A DNA stretch of 64,000 nt from Bilabrum cf. latius. Lineage: Eukaryota. The position numbers and the translations under genes are program-made. Under the pieces are notes generated by a model, which was not told the DNA's origin, made no database searches, and was given only the letters and a program-made list of their open reading frames with translations. The stretch covers positions 930,001-994,000 of the forward strand of contig OZ237742.1 in the NCBI GenBank assembly GCA_965178125.1, in the 5' to 3' direction. This document shows, one piece after another, positions 54,318 to 64,000 of the stretch. The stretch's first letter is position 1, and the number at the start of each line of letters is the position of its first letter.

Positions 54318-57300
54318 ATGCAAGGTGCAACCGTCTCTCTGAAGATCATACCGTTCGGACTGTATGCTTGCCTCCAAGTTCCAATGCACTCCACTTTGGA
54401 GCAAATTCGGAGCCGTGTTGCAATCCCTACCACCTACAGGTTCATCGACAAGCACACACTCACTGCATTCTCGTTGAACCAAGAAAAGTTTGTGCAGATA
54501 TATGAAAAGTATTCCACGATTTGGCTTAGTCGCATAATTGAGGAGAAAAAGTTGGCGAGGGTTGAGGTTTTTTGGAAAGCAATCGGGTCAACAGAAGAGA
54601 TAAGTCTAGGAATACACGAATGCAATGCTGCTGATGTCCGAAAGGTAGCCATGGACGTCTCAATGGCAAAGTTTGCAATACCATCCACAGTTACGCGCGT
54701 CGAGGTTCTTGGTGGGACAAGCGAAGCGGAGGGGTTCGCGACGCATGCCGTTCACTTGCGACAGGCTGCCGAGAAGCATGAACAGGACTATAGCTCGACG
54801 GAACACCAAGATAGCACAGAAACCATTGAAACAAAATAGAAGGAGGCGACAGCAGGATCAGTTAGAGCAACATTGCAGGGCACAATCGGAGCTTTGAACG
54901 ATTCGCCCGCCAGCCTTGTGGAAGACTTCTTTATCTTGGGGGTTCACAGAGAGAATAGCACAGATGTAGCAAATACAGGCAAACCGGCCAGCAAGGGCTC
55001 GAACAGGGCAACATAGGCATCCGTGTTTCGCAGCATCCTAGACCATACAATGCATCGAGCCTCCCACGGTAGCAGCACCCTTCGAACAGGGTTTACGCGG
55101 ATTTTGAAAAACGCCGGGATCGTTTAGTAGAAGAACGAAGAGTGTAGCAAGTTGATGCGAAGGACCCGTTCGCATCTCGAGACTACCGTCGGCGACCCGC
55201 ATGCCCGCCCTATCCGTCGTAGCCGCAGTCCGTTGATGTCCGAGAGACAGGCGGAGATTTTGTACTCCCAAACCTGCAAAGTGCTAGAGAATCATCAAAT
55301 TAGACTTGAAGAGGGCGGTTCTGCGGTTTGGGCGCGCACGGGTACGATACCTTCAACTGGTTCACGGGTACCGTCAGATCCGCGCGTCGCCGTTGTTGTT
55401 GCTTTGCAGCGCGTGGTGTAGGCGCATGACCCTGCCATTCGCAGGGCCATAAGCGTCTTAGAGCAACGATCTGGGCCGTTGCGGTCTGTAGCCGGGGCGA
55501 AGTCTGGTCCCAGTCTCGTTTCCCGGGCGTGGCAGCCGAGCGGTGTCCACAGGGTGCTGGAGCAAGCAGCTAGGCTGGCGGCTACCTAGGGCTGTGAAGA
55601 GCAGTTTGCAGCGGCAATTGAAGCTTCTACGAGACGAGCATTGTCGCAGCTGATCGCAAATCGGATTCTCCCGAGCTGTCCCAGATGGAACCACCGCAAC
55701 GCCATTGCGATCGATGAGATCATCGCGAACAGCAGACCATTGCACCGCGCCCTGGACAAAGCCAGAGTTGGGCGATGGATCCATAGCTGTGTCCACATGT
55801 GCGATGGGTCGAGTGCTGTTGCCAGCACACCAAGCGCCCCCACAACGGCAGTTGGGCTTCGAGCAGCCCTCGATCTTCTCGGCTGGAGTGAGCTGCCCGG
55901 CGGATCTGACCTTTGTCATGAGGCTGTCTTCCACGCATTGGATGATATCGAGTCACCAACAGGCGATTTATCTCAGGTCTGCGATGACATACTCAAAGGT
56001 GCAAAGAGTGATCGCAGCAAAGGTGCGAAAGGTGCTGGAACAGGCACTGAGGCAGACCAGGTGTCTGAGACGTCGTGTACTTGGGCGCTAGTCTTTATCG
56101 CTTGCCGAAATATGATAGGTCAAGACTTGCATTCGTTTGGGAACGAGTGGTTGCCTGCTGTTGCTTGCGTTGGATTGCTCGACTTGCTAATTTAGGCCGA
56201 GCAGGTGCTTCGCTCGCTGTCCCGCAGCAGTGCCGCGAGTCGAAGCCCGGTGTGGTCACAGATTGACAGGCAGGGCGCCGCACCACAGCTTATCAAAGCA
56301 ACGACGCAGTGCCTGGACTGCCTTGCGAAGGAGCTCGGTGTGGTGGGCCGCACGCAGGCGAGCCGCCTCGTGCACAAGATGCAAAGCAACATACGCACCA
56401 TTCGGGACAGAGCAAACAGCTCCCGTGGCGAGCTTGGCGCGAGTGCCAGACGGCTTCGGCACACTGATACTCTACCCGTGCGCCGCGGAGCGTCGACGGG
56501 CCTGACACCCGATGAGCACGGTACTCCGGCTCGGGGTCTTGGTCGAACTGCGGCAGCGGTGGCTCAGGCCAAGGATGCTCTGCGTGCAATCCTTCACAGG
56601 TGCTCTGCGGCCCGCTAGGATAATTCGCTTGCTCTGAGCGACCCAAGTCTATTGAACGGCAAGGGCCTCCCGATTGACATGCGGTTGCTGCAGGAGGGGA
56701 CAGAGAAGCCAGGAACGCCGAGTCCCAGCCAGGGTCATGCGAAGGGTGCCAGCCCAATCGCAGCGGGGAGAACATCTGGCACTACCAGCCCGAGCTCGCT
56801 GGTCCGCACAAGCAGTGCTGGCTCCGGGTCTGGCATGATGTGCTCAGCACCCCAAGCAGCGCCCACGGGCAGCGAAGAATAGCACTCACGGAGTGCAAGT
56901 GCCAGTGGGTCCAGCTGGCACGGGAGCCCGCTGCGTGTGCCAGGTAGAGTGCCGAGCCCTTCGCTGCCACTGCTGGTGCTGCCTCTCTCGAAGCAGCAGG
57001 ACAGCGAGGCATCGGCATCGCCAGCAGCATCGGGCGGGGTTCAATCGCCCCAGCATGGAGGCAGCAGGGATGGGGTTGGTAGAGAAGTCGAGCTGCTCGC
57101 AGCCGAAGAGGCACATCCTCAAGGAGGCGGTCGCCCAATGCAAGAACACGCACCTGTTCAGAGCCTCTTGGGCGCTCTGCAAGAGCTGAGTGAGCGGTAG
57201 GAGAAGGAGTTGGCGACCCTCACGGAGCACCCAGGAGCGGGCAGGGCTGCCAGACGCAAAGAAGCCAAGTCGGTGTGTCTCGACTTCGTGTTGGGAGAAA

Positions 57301-57362
57301 GGGATGAAAGGCAAGATGCCACGAACACCCCAGGCTGGATCCCTGCAGAGCAAGTCTCTTGA
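54318..57362 (+). CDS. Hypothetical protein (~1014 aa)
   Basis: Six listed ORFs in one frame are joined by 10 TAGs (54837, 55014, 55125, 55128, 55419, 55587, 56193, 56616, 56880, 57198); ends TGA. Confidence 0.7.
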
Positions 57363-57773
57363 TGATATGTTCATCTTTGGTGGATCCAGTGAGCCGCCCT
57401 ACTGGGTGGTGCGGCAGCTATTCGTGGTCGCAATTGCTGTGTGTGCAGCCAGGAGGTGGCGGTGCAGTGGGTCTAAGGGCTGCATGGTGCTGGTGGTGAC
57501 TCATCCTTGAAGCTGGGACTGAGATTAACAGTGAGATCAAGGAGCAGCAGCGGATGGGGCTGGGCGCAGTGTCGGCTGTCCGACCCAAAGCTACTTGGGC
57601 ATGATGACCCGTACATAGAACGCTCGATTGACAGAGAACATTGGGAGCCTGAGGCGGTCCTATGCTCGGTAGCAGAAAGTGCCAGCGGAGGTCTTGGCCA
57701 AGAACACTCTTGAGAGAGTGTGCCAGGCGGATCATGGCCCAAGTGCGGCTGATGGGTCGGCTGGAATGTATTT

Positions 57774-59247
57774 ATGAGTGCAACAGCGGGCTGCTTCTCT
57801 GATGATGAGGTTTTTGAAGAAGTGAAGGGCGCGGTCAGGTCGGGACTTGGCCGCCCGGGGGATGGAGAGGGCCCTTCATGCATACTGGCATGTCAGTGTC
57901 AGTGGCAATGGTTGTACATGGTGCGAGCCAGACCTGCGTGGTACTCGCCGGACAGGTCCGAGGAGGCAAACATTGACTCACCCCTCCCTCCCTTCCCCTC
58001 TCATCCGCCAGACAGTACCCCATGAATCCCTGTCCGGGCGACGCCGACCAGCTTTCGTGGGCGGGGCGGGCCCATCGAGGTCGAGAGGAAAGATGCAGCG
58101 CATGGGGGTGCACCCGTGCGCACCATCACCATCTGTTCTGGCGGTGGGAAGTTCATTAGACAGCCGACCAAAAACATATTTTGATGACTCAGATGCTGTG
58201 ATTCTTGCGAAAGTTACTGCATACAACATGGCATCATCGGATAGCTTTGAGACGCCGCGCACGTTCATTGCCTCGCATAGGTCTGATCGCACAGAGTTTG
58301 TCACGCCCAGAGAGCTTAGCTCTTAGCGTTCATCTGCATTTCATACCGCAAGAGAACTGGATGAGTCTGGCGACGGGGCAGCATCTGGTGTGCACTCAGA
58401 GCGGCTTGAGCTGGAACGATAGCGGGCGGCTATGCCTTTCGCAACTCCTGGACTGCCACCAAGTGCCGCTGGTATGGCCAGCGATGCACCTCGGCAATTA
58501 GCGTCAGAATCTTCTTATGTCTAGACCATCAGCAGAAAAGCACACGACCCTGATGACGACAGGAGGTTCGGGAGGCACTCTGATGCAACGTCAGGCACTA
58601 CACCGCCTGCCAGTGGGCACGTTGCCGGGGCGGTGGCTTCCAAGGCACATGCGACTGACCAAGGTCCTATGCCAGTCTTAGCTGCAGTTGTATCGAAGTC
58701 GTCGCACGGGCATTCAGGAGCTGCCTCAGAGCCGGCAGGTGCGTCCGCCCCTGCACCAGCGCATGCTTTCGGATACTCCGTTCTCAGGAGCACGGCCACG
58801 GCCCATCCTGCTGGATGTGGCGCAGGTGAGGTAGCATCTGGACACATGGTTGGTGCAGGCGCGGCTGATTCCCGATTTGGGGCGGCAGGCGGAACATCGG
58901 GGGGTCCCCTGGGCGACGAGGCAGTGGAGGACATCTTCAGCCTCGCGAGGCACGGGAAAGCAAGCAGGGTGCAGCAGCTGCTCAGCATGGGAGTGCCAGC
59001 GGATATTAGGGACGAGCATGGGAACACTGTGCTGCATATCGCGTGCCAGAACGGCCTCCGGAAGGTCGCCAAGGCCGCCCTTCGGATGGGGTGCGATATC
59101 AACGCGGTGAACACCAAGGGAAACACCCCACTGCATTTCTGCTTTGCATACAGGTTCACGGACCTGGGGAGCTACCTGCAGTCCAAGGGGGCGAGCAGCA
59201 CGATTCGGAACCGGTCGGGTCTCCTGCCGGAGGAGGGCATCGCCTGA
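57774..59247 (+). CDS. C-terminal ankyrin-repeat protein
   Basis: Ankyrin motifs GNTVLHIACQNG and GNTPLHFCF. Upstream frame is open through TAGs 58324, 58420 and 58522. A probable intron ends near 58011 and the start is uncertain; ends TGA. Confidence 0.72.
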
Positions 59248-59527
59248 CCATCGACAAGCAAGCATCGGATCCGAGCAGCAGCTGTCGGGGTGTGTGGGCA
59301 CTGTGAGCCTGGAGTGCGCGGCCATAAGTTGGGACCAGTGCGTGGGGATGATAGGTAGGCCATTCAGGGGTAATCTTCTCTGCTGTACGGCCTGGCCTCG
59401 ACATGTTGGGTTCAGCACTGGCAGCGGGTGGATTCCGGTTTGATGAGGATTGCACGCCTGTAGATCTAGTCTACTAGTCTAGCTGACCATGGCGGAACAC
59501 CTGCGCGAAAAGAAGTCAGACAATTGA

Positions 59528-60700
59528 ATGGAATCTGTTAATAGCAGGGCACGCGTTGCCATGGGAGGCTGCGTTTGGTGCTCAAGTGCCAGTACCTCGG
59601 AGTTTTACCAAACCAAATTCAATGAATCAGTCTGCACTGCATGCAGGAAAACTAGGCCCGAGTACGGACTGATTAGCAAGTCGAATGCCAAAAACAAGTA
59701 TCTCGTGACAGATAGCGACATAAGGAGCTTGCGCTTCGTTGAGAAGCCAAACCCAACGAATGCCAAGTTTCGTGACATGAAGTTATTCCTGATCAAGCAG
59801 ATCATTGAATGTGCGCTTAGAAGGTATGGTAGCCTTGAGACTGTTGAAGAGGAAAAACGGAAACGCGAAGTGGACCGGTTCATGTCACGACAGGGCTCAA
59901 AACGATCCAAGAGGCCGACAGCCGAGCAGATTGCGACCGGGGAGGCAAGCGCGAAAGACTGGTCGAAGAAGCAAGCTGCCGTGCACCGGCGATCCTCCGC
60001 GGCGAAGTCAGAGTAGGATAGCGATGGCACCCTCATGGCTGGCGTGGACTTGGGTGAGGCGGGAAGTCGCATTGCGAGGGCATTCGGCTTGCTGTTGCAT
60101 CAGGACTACAGCAGCGGCAAGAGCTCCCGCACACGGACCGCGGGCCCCAAAACAACCAAGATCAAAGCAAAAGATAGAAATAGTTCATCCGTTGCAGGTA
60201 GGTCGACAGGCAGTGCCGGCGTGGATGAGGACACGAAGGGTGGTGGCGAGCAGGGGGAGCACAGCGTGGATGAGTCGTAGACAGAGCTCCCCAAGGAGCT
60301 GGCAGTTCTAGCTGGAATGGACGTCTGTGGGCAAGGGGCCACCGCGGAGGGTGGTTCAGCTGGTGACTAGGATGGCCTGCTGGAGGGTGCGAGGTCATCA
60401 GGCCCTGGGCCTCTCTCGCCCAGCGCCTTGCCCCGCTCCAGGCTGGGACGAAGAATGAGAGACGTGAACTACCAGACTGGATCGAAACAAGACATTGGGG
60501 TAGTAGATGTGCGCGCGGGACCGGCTGAGGGTGGTATGGAAGTATCAGCTGCATCAGCGAAGCGAAGGCGAGTCGAGACTTCGCCCGCAGCTGCGGAGAG
60601 TCAGAAAGGGTGCGCAGAAGGACACCACGATTTTCAGTCGGGATCTGGCGTCCAGGTGTGTAGCCGATGTGGGGTTCAGGCAGAGATGGAAGAGTTGTGA
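59528..60700 (+). CDS. XPA: DNA repair protein XPA/Rad14
   Basis: C4 zinc finger CVWC..VCTAC, LISKSNAKNKYLV and NPTNAKFRDMKLFL. The C-terminal HHDF...CSRCGVQAEMEEL motif is reached only through TAGs 60014, 60278 and 60368; ends TGA. Confidence 0.9.
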
Positions 60701-60801
60701 GCTTTCCTATCCGGTTCAGGTTGGATTGGCGCTGCGCATCCTGATGAGCGCTTCGGTTCCGCAACAGCAGCATCACATTTTTTCACCTGGAACTTGCTTC
60801 T

Positions 60802-63334
60802 ATGATACTGCAACAAGTAGTTGTCGGCGGCATATTTGGTCTCTTTATTTGCTCGGATGCTCAACTGCTTCCACCGACGAGACCGAAAGCAATTGATTGC
60901 CCAGTCAGGATCGCAGCTTTCAACTAGTCTTCACTGGTGCTACCATACCACAACCACCCTAACGGAGTCAATTGGATGCAATCAATCCACGATATTCTGA
61001 GGTTGGGAGAGTGTGGAGTCAGCATGCACTCGTTTGGTTTCGAGAAATCGCAGCCAGGGCAGTTCAACGAGATTGGGGTTTTTGTGTCCATCAACGGCTC
61101 CGACTCCCATGGTGATGGGTCAATGGACAAGCCGTTTGCAACGATTGAGAGGGCGCTCATACAGACGCGGGCATCATCCAACTTGAAGTCTGTCGTCATG
61201 ATGCCTGGGAGGGACGTACTACTTCGGCCGAACAGTGACGCTGGGACCTTCTGACGCCAACACCACGATCGCCGCGCACGAGCCTGGAACAGTTTCAATT
61301 ACCGGAGCCGTCCAGCTCACTGGAATGACCTGGTCCAAGTCTCCCATCGGACCGACCGGCACACTTGTGACGAACCTGGTGGAGGCTGCCCAGCGGCAGG
61401 GCTTGTCTCTAGACCTCTCCCGCGCAAGGACTGGGCTCACCGTCGAGATCGATGCAGTCCCATACACCCTGGCCAGATATCCGAACGCAAACCCAGTCTA
61501 TGACTTGTTCCCTGCGGGCTATGCCTCCACCGTGGACACACTTAAGGACCCGCGGCCCGCGGCCCCCAGCACGGGCGTGGTCAGCGCCAAGCCGTTCCTA
61601 CCCCAGTCCCATTTCCCCACGTACGAGCGCACGGTGCAGGACCCTAAGATTTGGCACCAAGGCCATGGCGTGGGCGGCGTCGTGGTGAACGACAGCCGCT
61701 GGCAGGACCGCAAATGGGGATCCCCTTACACGGGAGTTGCGGTGCACTGGGATGGGTACTTCAAGCAGTCCAGGGATGTCGAGCACAAGAGCTACTGGGA
61801 CCAGTGGATGAACTACGGGTACGAAATCGTGGATCGTGTCGACGACCCATCCGATGGCAGCTCCAAGCTCCTGTTTGGAGACGGTGGCTGGCAGGGCCTC
61901 AACGGTGACTCGGGCACGTCCGCTCGGCCTTTTTACGTGTACAACGTCAAGGAGGAGCTGGATGTCCCCGGGGAGTGGTGGCTGGACCCCGCCACTGGAG
62001 ACCTCCACGTGCTACCGAATCGCACGGAGCCCCTGGGCCCGAGCACGATCGTGGCGCTCTCCCAGCTGGAGACCGTCCTGTCTGTGCAGGGGCTGGGACC
62101 GGAGGACCCAGTCAGTGAGGTGGGCATCGACGGAATCACCTTCACAGGCACCACTCCGACGTTTCTGAGGAAGGACCGACCGTACACGCAACCGATTCTC
62201 AACGTGGCTGGCTGGTCCGTGTACCTAGGAGCCGCGGTGGTGGTGCGAGATGCAATCAGGCCGTCCATCACCAGGTGCACGTTCCAGAGGACTGGAGGCA
62301 ACGGCGTGCTGCTGCGCGGGGGCGTCGTCAACGCGAGCATCAAATGGAACGAATTCACGCAGACCGGAGACAGCGGCGTGGTCGCGTGGGGCGAGATCCG
62401 AGGGCCCGACGCCACATACGACCAGTTTGTGGACGGGGCGGTGTTCGAGGGCAACTTCGCGCACGACCTTGGGCTGCTGGGCAAGCAGATCAGCGCGTGG
62501 ACGCAGTTCGGGACAGCCCGCACCCTGATTCGGCGCAATGTCCTCGGTGCAATGCCGCGCGCAGCAGTCAACATCGATGATGGCATCTTCGGCGGCAACC
62601 TCATTGAGTATAACGTCGGCTTCGAGTCCGTGAGGGAGTCTGCCGACCACGGCTGGATGAACCTGTGGAGCAGGGAGCAGGCCGTCTCTGTCCGTCCATG
62701 GGACGGGGCCGTCACGCCGCTCGCCGACTGGAGCGGGGCCCGCAAGAACCTCGTGCTGGCTGCAGGCGGGACCCTTTCGAACTTTGATGGGGACGATGGG
62801 ACGAGGTGGCTGTGGAAGGACCACAACTCTCATGCCTACGCTGGGGCCAAGAATTATCTTGGACACAGCAAGCATAACCAGAACTCCGTGCACGTCCTAC
62901 CAGACCTCGGCATGATGAAGTCGCAGTGCATGTTCAGCGATGGCGACACGGAGCACGCTGGTTACGGCGAAACCTACATCAATAACACGTGCATCTTGCT
63001 GAACGCAACGGTCGCTGTGGATAGCGGGGGCTGTCAACACGGCAACGAGACCAAGACATCTGTGTCGTCCGATGGAAACACGTACTATGTGTCAAAGGCG
63101 AGCGGAGTGTAGTTCTCGTGCGGCGAGCAGTTGTACACGCAGCAGGAGTGGGAGTCCATGACCGGCAACGCAAAGAGCTCCAAGGTGCGGGTCGGGCTAC
63201 CAGCACCCGCACAGATCGTCAGCATGATGCTGGACACGGTAGTTGATGACGGTGGGGAAATGTAGCAGCCAGCTGCGGAGCGCAAGGCCTGGTGGATGGA
63301 CACGGCAAAGTACCTCCGCTAGCACTTTTAGTAA
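60802..63334 (+). CDS. Secreted right-handed parallel beta-helix (pectin-lyase-fold) protein, with an apparent 1-nt frameshift near 61205-61213
   Basis: Signal peptide; FVSINGSDSHGDGSMDKPFATIERA, LARYPN, FYVYNVKEELDVPGEWW, PRAAVNIDDG, VRESADHG and DGDDG. TAGs at 60925, 63110, 63263, 63320 and 63329; ends TAA 63332. Confidence 0.8.
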
Positions 63335-63592
63335 GCATTCGCATGGCCGTGTCTCGTAGCTTTGTGGAGCACGAACACTTATTCGGGTTCCGGATCCGTT
63401 GTCCGCGGGACGCGTGGATCCCGATCAGATCTGATCCCGATACGTTACACCCATACTCTGGATCTTCAAATCATATATATGCATTGCGAAGTCACAGACG
63501 TGCATCATCAGTATACCGTATATGTGAGCAAGCCAACAAACGCTCCACGGCTCAATCATACATGAAGCCCTACTATTGAGCAGGACAAGACC

Positions 63593-64000
63593 TCAGATGA
63601 TCTCGGAGGTATCTGTAGCCTTTGTCCCACGTGTCAAGCTATTTGTAGCGGCTGTTGCCGCTACACCTGTGGCTTTGCCTGCGGAAGACTCCTCGACCGC
63701 ACCAGTTTCCCCAAACATGGACCTCTTTCGCTGCTCTGCCTTTCTCTTGTGCTCTTCGAAAGCCTCCTTCTCCTTCCGGGCTTTCTCGCTCTCAGTTTCG
63801 AACACGGTGTGCTAGCGGAGGATGCCGATGCTCTTGGCGCCACGGACAGCTGACCACCTGCCCTTGCCACGCGGCGGTCTCCACGTAGCCTGAGAGCCCT
63901 TTCGACTCCTGCCCGTTCCTGCACCCGAGGCGCGACTCTCGCTGCGACACCTGCCCGTGTAGCTCTCGTCCGTCGGAGCTCTGGAGCGACCCTGCCCGTG
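63593..64000 (-). CDS. 3' end of a gene extending beyond the window (charged helical C-terminus)
   Basis: ETESEKARKEKEAFEEHKRKAEQRKRSMFG; frame continues upstream through a TAG near 63812; ends TGA 63593. Confidence 0.55.

Overview
Gene-dense, GC-rich eukaryotic nuclear DNA with about 21 protein-coding genes, short GT-AG spliceosomal introns (mostly GTGAG/GTAAG...GCAG) and short intergenic spacers. It probably comes from a heterotrophic protist; a stramenopile is plausible but not proven. The main discovery is a non-standard nuclear genetic code. About 85 in-frame TAG codons (hand count) interrupt 19 of the 21 genes on both strands, and the same frame and protein family continue past them. 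Every gene I traced ends in TGA (19) or TAA (2), and I saw no internal in-frame TAA. Where TAG falls in recognisable motifs it sits at Gln or polar positions (DD3-3 GRTF*DRS, alpha-mannosidase *CxxxNxSxC, ankyrin LL*LGAD, LRR NL*LGNN). TAG therefore most likely encodes Gln, with UAA and UGA as stops (table-15-like). Recoded, the window holds a tau-tubulin/CK1-family kinase, LOG, a pseudo-carboxylesterase, 9-mer polyubiquitin, an ARSK-like sulfatase, a secreted phage tail-collar-domain protein, two LRR proteins, a bacterial-type putative glycoside hydrolase, GH38 alpha-mannosidase, DD3-3, an Akr1-like DHWC palmitoyltransferase, an AP2/ERF factor, Nup93, a double-domain Nbp35, two orphan genes, an ankyrin protein, XPA, a beta-helix protein and a partial gene. 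All family calls come from motif recognition by eye, not database searches.
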